64,000 nt of DNA from Candidatus Latescibacterota bacterium (GTDB taxonomy: Bacteria; Latescibacterota; UBA2968), in contig OZ240241.1 of the NCBI GenBank assembly GCA_965198115.1, positions 5,408,001 through 5,472,000 on the forward strand. Reading direction: 5' to 3'. The translations under genes and the position numbers were made by a program. The notes under the pieces were generated by a model that saw only the letters and a program-made list of their open reading frames with translations, ran no database searches and was not told the DNA's origin. Shown piece by piece: positions 1 through 9,876 of the stretch (its first letter is position 1; the number at the start of each line of letters is the position of its first letter).

Positions 1-158
1 TTGGCGAAACGGGCAGGACGTTCGTATTGCAGGCTGGGCGGAAACCCGAAATCATCGCCGAGAACACCCTCGAGGGTCGTTTCGTCGCCTCACCCGCCAT
101 CTCCCACGGGCGCATCTTCCTGCGCAGCGACACGACGCTCTTCGCGATAGGCGAATAG
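1..158 (+). CDS. 3' end of PQQ-binding-like beta-propeller (BamB-like) protein, partial
   Basis: Frame 3 reads ...GRTFVLQAGRKPEIIAENTLEGRFVASPAISHGRIFLRSDTTLFAIGE*, the typical C-terminus of this family; stop TAG at 156-158. Confidence 0.75.
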   Translation, partial: GETGRTFVLQAGRKPEIIAENTLEGRFVASPAISHGRIFLRSDTTLFAIGE

Positions 159-168
159 AGGTTAGCCT

Positions 169-681
169 TTGGCGACGGTCAGACGGATTCGAGAGGAGGA
201 GTGGGAACGGCTGCGCGAGGTGCGTCTTGAAGCCCTCGGTGACACCCCCTACGCCTTCCATTCCAAACTCGAGGAGGCAAGGACGCTCCCCGACAAAGAG
301 TGGCAGACGCGCGCACGAAACGGGGCCGAAGGAAGTTTGTCGCTCTGTGTCATCGCAACCGAGGGTGAAAAGACCGTTGGCATGGCCGCGGGGTTTCCCG
401 ACGAGTCGACCGACGAAATCGCTCACCTGGTCTCCATGTGGGTCCGCGACAGTCACCGCGGCACCGACGTGGCCATCCGACTCGTCGATTTCGTCGTGGA
501 GTGGGCGGCCGATCGTGGAGCCGAAGGCCTCCTGGCCGGTGTCACGACCGGAAACGATCGGGCGCTGCGGTTCTACGACAAGATCGGGTTCAAACTTTAC
601 GATGGCGATGTCGACATGGGTTGTGAAACCGTACTCTGCAAGAACCTTGTGAGGAAGCAAACGTGGATTTCCCGTCCCTAA
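169..681 (+). CDS. GNAT family N-acetyltransferase
   Basis: SMWVRDSHRGTDVA motif A and N..ALRFYDKIGF motif B. Confidence 0.9.
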   Translation: MATVRRIREEEWERLREVRLEALGDTPYAFHSKLEEARTLPDKEWQTRARNGAEGSLSLCVIATEGEKTVGMAAGFPDESTDEIAHLVSMWVRDSHRGTDVAIRLVDFVVEWAADRGAEGLLAGVTTGNDRALRFYDKIGFKLYDGDVDMGCETVLCKNLVRKQTWISRP

Positions 682-731
682 CAGCCGACAGAAGCCGACA
701 GTTCCACCTCATCCATATCCAGACCTGACTC

Positions 732-3700
732 TCAGCCACCGGCGCCTTTTCCACCCGGTTCTCCGATGTACTTCACAAACAGGGACCGGTTCCTCTTCAT
801 CCCACTCCCCAGCACCGCCAGAAGTGCAGCATGGTCTGCCTCGCCGACCGCGCGTGCGAGCTTGTTGAGCGCCACCTCGTCGTCAGGCAACCGGGTCCGC
901 CCCTGTTCATCCTGACATCGCAGCACCTTCTCCACCGTCCGCAAGAAGACGAAGTTCTCGTCGAGGTCGTGCGCTTCGCCCACCTCGATCAGCCCCGCCT
1001 GTCGCAGCTTCGAAAGCCCATCGCGCGTGTTCGCAGTACGAAGACCCGGTTGGTTCTTGGCGTGTCGAATCTGAAGCCCCTGCACGATGAACTCGACGTC
1101 CACGATCCCTCCCGCCCCGGTCTTGATGCTCAGGAGATCCGAGCCCCCTTTCCGCTCCATCCGGCGTCGAACGTCGACCATGGTGGCTCGGGCCCCTTCA
1201 TCTAGACCGTCTCCGAGCACGAAAGTCTCCAGACGCGAAACCATGCGCGCTCCAAGGTCCGCATCGCCAGCGACCACACGCGTTCTCGATAGCGCAAAAC
1301 GCTCCCACGTGGACGCACGCCGCTCCAGATACCGTTCATACGCATCGAACGAAAGCGCCATTAACGCGTTCGCCCCCTCGGGCCTCAGCCGGGCATCGAC
1401 CTCGTAGAGCGACCCGCTCGCCGTCACCTCCGACAGCGCCGTCGTGACGGCCTGTGCGATGGCCACGAAGAATTGGAGGTTCCCTTCCTGACGCGCCCCG
1501 TCCGTCGTCCCGTCTTCGCCGTAGACGAACACGATGTCCAGATCCGACCCGAAGTTCAGTTCGCGCCCACCCATCTTCCCGAGTCCCAGAATCACGAACG
1601 GTGACACGTCGCCGTCCGGTGTCCTGGGCACACCCGTCCTTTCGGCTCGCTGACGGTAGGTCAACTCGAGCACGCGACGCAGAATGGCCTCGGCCAGACA
1701 CGTCAGCGCTTCGAACGTCTCGAACGAATCCGTCAACCCCAGGAGATCTCGCGTCCCGATGCGCAGAAGCTCCTTGTTCTTCACACCGCACAGGGCAGCG
1801 ATGGCGCGAGACGGTTCCTCGACACCCTCGAGTACCCGATCGAGTTCGGTCTCCAGCTCCTCCGCGCTCACCTCCCGCAGAAGGACGGCGGGTAGCGTCA
1901 GCCAATCCAGCAAACCGGGATTTCGAATCAGGATCGAAATCAGATACTGGCTGCCGCCGCAGAGTTTGAGCAGCAGATCCCGTAGTCCGTGGTTGCTGTT
2001 CAGCGTCTGGAACAAGGTGTTCCCAGCGCCATACGCGCTGACGAGACGCTCCAGATGACTCAATGCCTGATCCGGATCCACCGTCTCCTGCAGCGACGCC
2101 ATTAGGGTGGGCGCGAGCTCCACGAAGCTCCGACGGGCCTGAGTCCCTCGGATGCGGGGCGCGTGGCCGAACGCCAGGTAGACGAGGTTTCGATGGGCCT
2201 CCCCCGGACGGGCGAAACCCAGCTCGCTCAACATCCCCCTCGCCTCTTCGTCGCCCAGTTCGATCTCGCACAGCGCACCGACCGACCGGTGGGCACCGGC
2301 TTCGTCCTGTTCGGAAAAAATCTCGGCGTAGATGGTCTGCACGTCGCTCAGGTGTCGCTCGAGTGTCGCTACGTAGGCTTCAGCGTTTTCCAACCCCAGG
2401 CTTCGCCCGAGCGCGTCCTGTGCGGGTTCGCTGTCCGGCAGGATGTAGTCGCTGCGGCCGTGCATCATCTGCAGCCGATGTTCCAATCGTCGGTAGAAGA
2501 CGTAGGCTTCACTCAAGGACACCGACTGAGTGCTCGACAGCGCGCCGACCGTAGTCAGCTGCTCGATCGCTTCCAGGGTGTGACCCGACCGGGTGTGTTC
2601 GTGAACCTGACCCACGATCAACTGGAGACATTGGACGATGAACTCGACGTCCCGAATCCCTCCCGACCGCAGCTTCAGATGCGTTTCGCCCTGCCCGCGA
2701 CTACCGATTTTCCCCTCGATCCGCTGCTTGATGCGGTGGATCTCGTCCACGGGCGAGCCGTCGATGTAACCGGGAAAGACGAACGGCCGGATCCGATCGA
2801 TGAAGCGCTGCCCGAGCACCCGATCGCCGGCACACACGCGGGCCTTGATCAGCATCTGGCGCTCCCACAGCTCGCCGCGACGCACGTAGTAACTTTCGTA
2901 TGCCAGCAACGGCATCGTCAGAGCGCCGGCCATACCGTCCGGTCGGAGACGCACGTCCACGCGAAAAAAGGCCCCCTCCGTGGTCGGTTCCGAAATGACC
3001 TGGACGATCTGCTCCGAAAGCCTCGTAAAGAACTCCTGGTTCGAAACGCTTCTCAGCTCGCTCCCTTTCCCATCCGTCTTTCCTTCCGCCGAGTAGAGAA
3101 ACATCAGGTCGATGTCGGAGCTGAAGTTCAACTCCTGGCCGCCCAGCTTGCCGAGACCGATCACGGCGTAAGACGCCTCTCTTCCCGACTCCTCGAACGG
3201 TGTCCCGAATCGTCCCACTAGGGCTCCGTAGGTCTCATCGATCACACGATCCAAACAGGCGTCCGCCAGGTCCGAAAGTTCGTCGGCCACGCGGTGAATC
3301 GGTCTGCCGCCTACGAGATCCGCGGAGCCGATACGCAAAAGCTCGCGACGCATCAGTCGCCGGAGGGCATCGAGCCGTCTTTCACTGTCGTCGAACGGAG
3401 CCAGCGCGCGATCCATTTCTGCGTCCACACAAGCTCTGTCGCAGACCTCGGAAAGGCGCTCGGGCGTCTCGGTCAGCCAGGAAAAATATTGAGGATCGCG
3501 AACGAGGATGTCCGAGAAGTATTGGCTGCTCCCCAGCAAGCGAACCAACAGGGCACACGTCTCCGGGCGGGCGTTCAGCTCTGCGTAGAAATCGCTTTTG
3601 CTGAACACGCTACGGGCGAGTCGATCGAAATTGCTGAGCGCGAGATCCGGGTCGGGCGCGCCGGGCAGCTCGTCGAGCAGACTGTCGGGCAATCGCACCT

Positions 3701-3854
3701 GCCCAATCGGCTGGACAAGATCGTCTAGATCCTTCAACACACGGCTCGGATCGCGGAACCCTAGATCGAGCAATGTGTCGTGGGCCGCCCCCTCGGCCTC
3801 GAGCAGAGCGAGCGTCCGTTCGTGTCCTGCTGCGTCGACGTCAGACATAGCCAC
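732..3854 (-). CDS. glnE: Bifunctional glutamine synthetase adenylyltransferase/adenylyl-removing enzyme
   Basis: Two nucleotidyltransferase halves (GKLGGQELNFSSDIDL, GKMGGRELNFGSDLD), each with VDxRLRPxG; next to P-II. Confidence 0.95.
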   Translation of the reverse strand: MAMSDVDAAGHERTLALLEAEGAAHDTLLDLGFRDPSRVLKDLDDLVQPIGQVRLPDSLLDELPGAPDPDLALSNFDRLARSVFSKSDFYAELNARPETCALLVRLLGSSQYFSDILVRDPQYFSWLTETPERLSEVCDRACVDAEMDRALAPFDDSERRLDALRRLMRRELLRIGSADLVGGRPIHRVADELSDLADACLDRVIDETYGALVGRFGTPFEESGREASYAVIGLGKLGGQELNFSSDIDLMFLYSAEGKTDGKGSELRSVSNQEFFTRLSEQIVQVISEPTTEGAFFRVDVRLRPDGMAGALTMPLLAYESYYVRRGELWERQMLIKARVCAGDRVLGQRFIDRIRPFVFPGYIDGSPVDEIHRIKQRIEGKIGSRGQGETHLKLRSGGIRDVEFIVQCLQLIVGQVHEHTRSGHTLEAIEQLTTVGALSSTQSVSLSEAYVFYRRLEHRLQMMHGRSDYILPDSEPAQDALGRSLGLENAEAYVATLERHLSDVQTIYAEIFSEQDEAGAHRSVGALCEIELGDEEARGMLSELGFARPGEAHRNLVYLAFGHAPRIRGTQARRSFVELAPTLMASLQETVDPDQALSHLERLVSAYGAGNTLFQTLNSNHGLRDLLLKLCGGSQYLISILIRNPGLLDWLTLPAVLLREVSAEELETELDRVLEGVEEPSRAIAALCGVKNKELLRIGTRDLLGLTDSFETFEALTCLAEAILRRVLELTYRQRAERTGVPRTPDGDVSPFVILGLGKMGGRELNFGSDLDIVFVYGEDGTTDGARQEGNLQFFVAIAQAVTTALSEVTASGSLYEVDARLRPEGANALMALSFDAYERYLERRASTWERFALSRTRVVAGDADLGARMVSRLETFVLGDGLDEGARATMVDVRRRMERKGGSDLLSIKTGAGGIVDVEFIVQGLQIRHAKNQPGLRTANTRDGLSKLRQAGLIEVGEAHDLDENFVFLRTVEKVLRCQDEQGRTRLPDDEVALNKLARAVGEADHAALLAVLGSGMKRNRSLFVKYIGEPGGKGAGG

Positions 3855-3912
3855 CCGTCATCGTGATGAATCTTGCGGTGCACACTACGGATGAAATCGT
3901 TCCCTTTGGCCA

Positions 3913-4113
3913 CCGGTCATCCTGAGTGATCTCTGCACGAGAAATATGGTCGCGAAGCAAGGTGATGTACCACTGCACAGATCGTATCGAAGGACGGCCG
4001 GTGGCCCCCACACGGACAGCATTGGGCGACCGATCGCCCTTCGATACGGCGGTCATTCAGACACCCCACCGTTTCGGAATGTGATTCGCGAGTCGCCGAC
4101 TCAGGATGATCGG
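3913..4113. repeat. Nested long palindrome (REP/MITE-like element or structured RNA)
   Basis: CCGGTCATCCTGAGT (3913-3927) pairs 14/15 with ACTCAGGATGATCGG (4099-4113); inner stem CGTATCGAAGGACG (3983) pairs with CGCCCTTCGATACG (ends 4048). Confidence 0.65.
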
Positions 4114-4165
4114 CCGGCGATCGCCTACCAGGTGATACGTCGCCATACCTACGAAAATATTGTGA

Positions 4166-4531
<366 letters not shown>

Positions 4532-4675
4532 TCACGAGCTGATGCTGCCCGTCCTGGGCGCATCGCTACAATCTTCACTATTCGAGTTTCAATATTCAAT
4601 CAAAATTGACACCCGCAGCCGTTTCCGCTATCGTTCCCGCTCGCCGAAAGCACTCAGACCGAAAGGAAATCCAGC

Positions 4676-5038
4676 ATGGCCAGTCCCGTCACCCGCGGCG
4701 GCGAACACGAAGCCGAAAACTTCCCCTGGGGGTCGATCACGTGGCTCCACGCCGGCAAGTACGATCCGGACACACAGCAGACGTTCGGCTTTGTCTTCAT
4801 AAACCCTGGCGAGCATAACCCTCCTCATTACCATCCCAACTGTGAAGAGATCCTCTTCGTCGTCTCCGGCACGTGCTCGCACAGCTACGGCGACGACGCC
4901 TACGACCTGGGCCCCGGCGACTCGATTCGCGTCCCCCAGGGCGTCATCCACAATGCCGTCAACAATGGCTGGGAGCCCGTCCGCTGCATCATCAGCTTCA
5001 GCTCCGGCGACCGCCAGACCGTCTTCCTGGAGGAATGA
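4676..5038 (+). CDS. Cupin domain protein
   Basis: PHYHPNCEEILFVVSG and GDSIRVPQGVIH cupin motifs. Confidence 0.9.
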   Translation: MASPVTRGGEHEAENFPWGSITWLHAGKYDPDTQQTFGFVFINPGEHNPPHYHPNCEEILFVVSGTCSHSYGDDAYDLGPGDSIRVPQGVIHNAVNNGWEPVRCIISFSSGDRQTVFLEE

Positions 5039-5075
5039 TCATTCCGGGCGACGTTAAACCTTCCTTCGAACGCCT

Positions 5076-5103
5076 CATTTTGCATTTTGCACTCTACATT
5101 TTG
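5076..5103. repeat. Degenerate heptamer tandem repeat (CATTTTG x4)
   Basis: cattttg-cattttg-cactcta-cattttg directly before ATG 5106. Confidence 0.7.
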
Positions 5104-5105
5104 CA

Positions 5106-6119
5106 ATGAACTCCCTGCCCCCCGGCAAGCTCCCCCTCGGTCTGCTGGACGATCTGCTCGGTCGCATCCGCACCGACGACCCTCGCCTCCTCGTCGGTCC
5201 GCGTCTCGGCGAAGACGCCGCCGTCATCGACTTCGGGGACACCTGCTTGGTCGCCAAAACCGACCCCATTACTTTCGCGACGGACGAGATCGGCTACTAC
5301 GCCATTCACGTAAGCGCGAACGACGTCGCCACGATGGGGGCTACACCCCGCTGGTTTCTGCCCACCCTCCTGCTTCCCGAAGGCGCTACCGACACCCAAA
5401 CCGTCCGCAGCATCTTCACATCGATTCAAAACGCGGCCGACGAGGCCGGCATCACCATCTGCGGCGGACACACCGAGATCACGGCCGGTCTGGATCGTCC
5501 GATCGTCGTCGGCCAAATGCTCGGTGAAGTCGCGCGAGATCGGATCATTCGCTCCGATGGGTTGCGCGAAGGCGATCGCATCCTCCTCACCAAAGGCCTC
5601 GGCATCGAGGGGACGGCCGTCATCGCCCGGGAGCTGGGCGACGAACTCGACGCACGCGGTCTCGACCCGGACCTGATCGAACGCGCAACGCACTATCTCC
5701 GCGACCCCGGCATCAGCGTGCTCGCCGAGGCCCGCGCCGTTTCCGACGCCCTCACCCCGCACGCCATGCACGACCCCACCGAGGGGGGTGTCGCGACGGC
5801 CCTACGCGAGCTTGCCTCCGCCTCGAACGTCGGACTGGCCGTCTATGCGGACGCCCTCTTTCTGCCGCCAGAGACCGAGACGATCTGCACAACCATGAAA
5901 ATCGATCCCCTCGGACTCATCTCATCCGGCGCCCTCCTGGTCGGCGTCGATCCGTCCGACGTCGACACCGCCACGCGAGCTCTCGACCGTGTCGGTGTGA
6001 GGTCCGATGTCATCGCTCGCGTCGAATCGGCCGGTTTCGGCCTCCGATACGGGAGCGGCACCGACTGGCGCGACCTGCCCACGTTCGAACGCGACGAGCT
6101 CGCACGACTCTTCAAGTAA
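5106..6119 (+). CDS. AIR synthase family (PurM/HypE-like) protein
   Basis: PGKLP, GEDAAVID, NDVATMGA, GGHTE, MHDPTEGG motifs. Confidence 0.9.
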   Translation: MNSLPPGKLPLGLLDDLLGRIRTDDPRLLVGPRLGEDAAVIDFGDTCLVAKTDPITFATDEIGYYAIHVSANDVATMGATPRWFLPTLLLPEGATDTQTVRSIFTSIQNAADEAGITICGGHTEITAGLDRPIVVGQMLGEVARDRIIRSDGLREGDRILLTKGLGIEGTAVIARELGDELDARGLDPDLIERATHYLRDPGISVLAEARAVSDALTPHAMHDPTEGGVATALRELASASNVGLAVYADALFLPPETETICTTMKIDPLGLISSGALLVGVDPSDVDTATRALDRVGVRSDVIARVESAGFGLRYGSGTDWRDLPTFERDELARLFK

Positions 6120-6146
6120 CTCCATTCGAAACGCAACCTTGCGGAC

Positions 6147-6707
6147 ATGATCAAAGCAGTCATCCTCGACATGGACGGCACCCTCACCCAACCCGTGATC
6201 GACTGGCAGCGCCTCCGGCAACGAATCGGCGCCCCACCAGAGTCGACGATCATGGATCACATCGCCAGTCTGCCCGAACCGGAGGCGGAACGCGCAGAAA
6301 CGATCCTCCTCGAAACCGAACGCGAAGGGACGGAAAGGGCGCCGCTCAACGACGGCGTGCACGAGCTGTTCGACACCCTCGACCGACGGCAGATCCGTCG
6401 AGCCATCGTCACCAACAACCACAGGGCGGCCATGGAATCGGTCATCGATCGCCACGCGTTACGGCTCGACGCCGCGTTCAGCCGCGACGACGGCCCGCTC
6501 AAACCGGCCCCCGATCTGGTGCTCATGGCCCTCGAAGCGCTCGACTGCGATGCCGACGACACCCTCGGTCTTGGAGACGGCCGCTACGACATCGCCGCCT
6601 ACGGCGGCGCCGGTGTGCGCTGCGTCTATCTGACGCACGGCAAACCCACCCTCGACCACAACCCCGCCATCGCCTCACTCACAGAGTTCCTGCCCTTCCT
6701 AAAATGA
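6147..6707 (+). CDS. HAD family hydrolase
   Basis: DMDGTL motif I, VTNN, KPAPD, GDGRYD. Confidence 0.9.
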   Translation: MIKAVILDMDGTLTQPVIDWQRLRQRIGAPPESTIMDHIASLPEPEAERAETILLETEREGTERAPLNDGVHELFDTLDRRQIRRAIVTNNHRAAMESVIDRHALRLDAAFSRDDGPLKPAPDLVLMALEALDCDADDTLGLGDGRYDIAAYGGAGVRCVYLTHGKPTLDHNPAIASLTEFLPFLK

Positions 6708-6784
6708 GGTTCCACCTTGGGGTGTTTATCCTGAACACCGAACACTGAACACGTCTTTTTAACGCGCAGCTTCCGCCTACTTCG

Positions 6785-6813
6785 TTGTGCCGGCTGATAC
6801 AAGTGCTTATAAT
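6785..6813 (+). promoter_or_regulatory. sigma70-type promoter abutting ISL3 copy 1
   Basis: TTGTGC-17 bp-TATAAT, ending 1 nt before the IRL. Confidence 0.5.
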
Positions 6814-6814
6814 T

Positions 6815-8234
6815 GGCTCTATTCGGGTTTCTCAACGGTGAAACTATAGAATGACAAGGTCATAGATCGTTCCCTACGCTTGGTTGTGTGTGTAGGACAA
6901 TCAAAGCGAAGGGGGTGCGACCTATGACCGGGAGCAGATTACTATCGAAACTGCTGAGATTCAAGGGGTTCCGTGTTGTCAGCTGGTGGTTTGAGGGGAG
7001 AAGCTGTTTCGTCATCGCCGTAAAGCCACATAAGAATGGTTGTTGTTGTCCGGAGTACGGCCGTCGAGGTAAAATCGTCCGCACAATGCCCCATCCGCGT
7101 CGGTGGCGTGACATTCCGGTGTGCGGGTGGAGGGTCTGGCTTCTCTACCATCCTCGGGAGATTCGGTGTCCTACCCACGGTCGTGTGGTCGAGGAGATTC
7201 CGTGGGCGGAGCGGTTCTCTCGGGTGACGTATCGCTTCGAGTATGCCATGCTGCGCTACTGCCAGACCATGACGCAGAAGGCGGCGTCCGAGTTACTGCG
7301 CATCTCTGCCTCGACGCTGTCGGATCTCCTTCACCGATCCATCACGCGGCTTCGTGAAGGTCATCGTATCCGAGGGCTCAAAACCATCGGGATCGACGAG
7401 ATCTCCTACGCCAAGCGTCACAGGTACGCCACGCTCGTTTACGATCTGGACCGCTCCTGCGTGGTGTGGGTTGGCCGCGGCAGGGCGCGTAAAACGATCG
7501 ATCGGTTCTTCACAGAGGCTCTCAGTCCCTACCGGAGATCCAAGATCGAGTGGGCCTGCTGCGACATGAGCGAAGCTTACATCGGAGCCATCCAGGAACA
7601 CTGTCCGAATGCCAAGCTGGTCCTCGATCGCTTTCACATCGTCAAGGCTCTCAATGCCGCCGTTGACGAGGTCCGTAAGGACCAGTGGCGTAAAGCTGCC
7701 CCGGATGAGCGCAAAGCCATGAAGGGCCTCCGATGGCTCCTCTACCGGCACTCAGCGACACGCTCCAGAGGGGATACTCGGACACTCAAAGCACTGGAGA
7801 AGGCGAACTACCGAATCTATAGAGCCTGGAGACTCAAGGACGAGTTCGAGCAGTTCTGGGAATACAAAGCGCCCTGGGCTGCCGAACGCTTCCTGAAATG
7901 CTGGACGACGTCCGCACTCAGAAGTCGACTTGAACCCCTGCGAAAGTTCGTCAGGACCCTGCGACAGCACTTCTTCGGCGTCCTCGCATTCGTGAACACG
8001 CGTCTTACCAACGCCATCGCCGAAGGCCTCAACCGAATCGTCCAAATCGTCAAGAACCGAGCCAGCGGATTCCGCACACTCGACGCATTCAACGATATGA
8101 TCTTCCTTACCGTCGGAGACATAAACATCCCTGAGCAGATTCCGAAGAGGTTCCGCACACTCTAACCGCGCCCCCATGCCAGGAACCACGGCACCTTCAC
8201 CCACTTCAGCTCGTTGAGAGATCCGGATATAGCC
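6815..8234 (+). mobile_element. ISL3-family insertion sequence, copy 1 (1420 bp, no target duplication)
   Basis: IRL GGCTCTATTCGGGTTTCTCAACG, IRR CGTTGAGAGATCCGGATATAGCC; flanks TTATAATT and AAATTATT differ. Confidence 0.95.
6888..8165 (+). CDS. ISL3 transposase (probable start ATG 6924; zinc finger CPEC changed to CPEY)
   Basis: IGIDE, CCDMSEAY, DRFH, TNAIAEGLN motifs. Confidence 0.93.
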   Translation: MCRTIKAKGVRPMTGSRLLSKLLRFKGFRVVSWWFEGRSCFVIAVKPHKNGCCCPEYGRRGKIVRTMPHPRRWRDIPVCGWRVWLLYHPREIRCPTHGRVVEEIPWAERFSRVTYRFEYAMLRYCQTMTQKAASELLRISASTLSDLLHRSITRLREGHRIRGLKTIGIDEISYAKRHRYATLVYDLDRSCVVWVGRGRARKTIDRFFTEALSPYRRSKIEWACCDMSEAYIGAIQEHCPNAKLVLDRFHIVKALNAAVDEVRKDQWRKAAPDERKAMKGLRWLLYRHSATRSRGDTRTLKALEKANYRIYRAWRLKDEFEQFWEYKAPWAAERFLKCWTTSALRSRLEPLRKFVRTLRQHFFGVLAFVNTRLTNAIAEGLNRIVQIVKNRASGFRTLDAFNDMIFLTVGDINIPEQIPKRFRTL

Positions 8235-8341
8235 AAATTATTAGGTGCTTTCAGGACTGGGGCGATACGTGGCCGTCATCCCCAACCGTCAGCGTCCTTT
8301 ACGAACGGTTGATCGCGAACTATCACGTTCCGGAGACACAC

Positions 8342-9643
8342 ATGAACTACCCTGAAATGTTCCGTCTGCGACAGATCTTCGACGCTCCGCGCTGCGACGA
8401 TGTATACGGGGCCGTCCGCTCGGAAATCGACAAGCTGAGCCCCGGCGACAAGATCAAGTCCGGCCAGACCGTCGCCGTGGCCGCAGGCAGCCGAGGTGTC
8501 GCCAACATCGACACCATCGTCAAGGCGACCGTCGATGCCGTCAAGAACCTGGGCGCCGAACCATATGTCGTTCCGGCCATGGGTAGCCACGGTGGCGGCA
8601 CGGCCGAAGGCCAGGCCGCGGTGCTCGATGGCTACGGCATCAACGAACAGACGATGGGCTGCCCGATTCGGTCCTCCATGGACGTCGTCCAGATCGGAAC
8701 CTCCGACTTCGGCATGCCCATCTACTTCGACCGGAACGCGTCCGAAGCCGATCACGTCGTCGTCGTCAATCGGGTGAAGCCACATACCGGATTCGCGGGC
8801 GAAATCGAGTCCGGATTGATGAAAATGATGCTCATCGGTCTCGGGAAGCACAAAGGAGCGGCGGTTTACCACCGGGCCATCATCCACCACTCTTTCGATA
8901 CCATCGTCAGACTGGTCGGACGCGTCGTTCGCGAAGAAATGCCGATAGCGTTCGGCGTCGCGACCCTCGAAAACGGCTACGACGAGACCGCCGAGATCCA
9001 CGCCATCGACGCACCCGACTTCGAAGAAGTGGAGAAGGTTCTGCAGGCCAAATCGAAGGCCTATTGTCCCACACTCCCGTTCGAAGACGTCGACCTCCTC
9101 ATCATCGACGAGATGGGCAAAGACATCAGTGGCGCGGGCATGGATACCAACGTCATCGGCCGGAAGCGCAACGACCGGAAGGCCATGGACGGGGACACGC
9201 CCCGGGTGCTACGCATTTTCGTCCGCGACCTCACGGAAACGACGCACGGAAACGCCACCGGCATCGGCATGGCCGAGTTCACGACGAACCGACTCGTCGA
9301 CAAGATCGATTTCCACGCAACCTACACGAACGCCATCACCGGCCAGCACGTGTCTGCCGCTGCGGTCCCCCTGCACTACGAGACCGACTGCGAAGTACTC
9401 GAAATCGCCCTTGAATCGATCGGTCTGATCGACATCCCCGACGCCCGCGTGCTCTGGATCAAGAACACGCTCGACCTCGGAGAGGTCGAAGCGTCCGTCG
9501 CCTACATGGCTCAGCTCGAGGGACGCGACGACCTCGAACTCACCGTCGGTCCCAGAACACTCGAACTCCAGGCCGGCGGAAACCTCCCGCCGTTCGAGAC
9601 GTTCGCACAGACCCCCGCCGCCGAAGGTGTCGCAGCGGACTGA
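8342..9643 (+). CDS. LarA-like / DUF2088 nickel-pincer-dependent isomerase-family protein
   Basis: AGSRGVANI, PAMGSHGGGTAEGQ, NRVKPHT, ESGLMKM, GKDISGAGMDTNVIGR. Confidence 0.85.
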   Translation: MNYPEMFRLRQIFDAPRCDDVYGAVRSEIDKLSPGDKIKSGQTVAVAAGSRGVANIDTIVKATVDAVKNLGAEPYVVPAMGSHGGGTAEGQAAVLDGYGINEQTMGCPIRSSMDVVQIGTSDFGMPIYFDRNASEADHVVVVNRVKPHTGFAGEIESGLMKMMLIGLGKHKGAAVYHRAIIHHSFDTIVRLVGRVVREEMPIAFGVATLENGYDETAEIHAIDAPDFEEVEKVLQAKSKAYCPTLPFEDVDLLIIDEMGKDISGAGMDTNVIGRKRNDRKAMDGDTPRVLRIFVRDLTETTHGNATGIGMAEFTTNRLVDKIDFHATYTNAITGQHVSAAAVPLHYETDCEVLEIALESIGLIDIPDARVLWIKNTLDLGEVEASVAYMAQLEGRDDLELTVGPRTLELQAGGNLPPFETFAQTPAAEGVAAD

Positions 9644-9654
9644 GCCCCAAAGAA

Positions 9655-9771
9655 GCGGATCGAGTCTGGAGACGGCCAGATCCGTCCCAGAAATTCGAGT
9701 TTCACAGAGACCTCGGGTGAGCCCGAGGGTGTCTTGTTGTCTGGGTCCTGGGGAAACCCGGGACCTTTTTT
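9655..9771 (+). ncRNA. Structured RNA element ending in an intrinsic terminator (candidate attenuator/riboswitch or sRNA)
   Basis: Stems GCGGATC/GATCCGT, CCCAGA/TCTGGG enclosing CTCGGG-TGAG-CCCGAG, then GGTCCTGGG-GAAA-CCCGGGACC-T6. Confidence 0.45.
9744..9771 (+). terminator. Rho-independent terminator
   Basis: 9-bp GC stem, GAAA tetraloop, TTTTTT. Confidence 0.85.
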
Positions 9772-9876
9772 GTGACAACGCGTGCGCTCGCCCCCGTGCT
9801 CTGCACGGGGGCATCTGGCGTACGGCCAGTGAAACAGGTCTCTGTCAACCATGACCGCACAAGGGCAATACCAGCC

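Noticed and set aside
9661-9678. PyrR-binding loop controlling pyrC-carA
   Set aside because: AGTCTGGAGACGGCC does not fit ARUCCNGNGAGGYU, and it lies ~2 kb upstream of pyrC.
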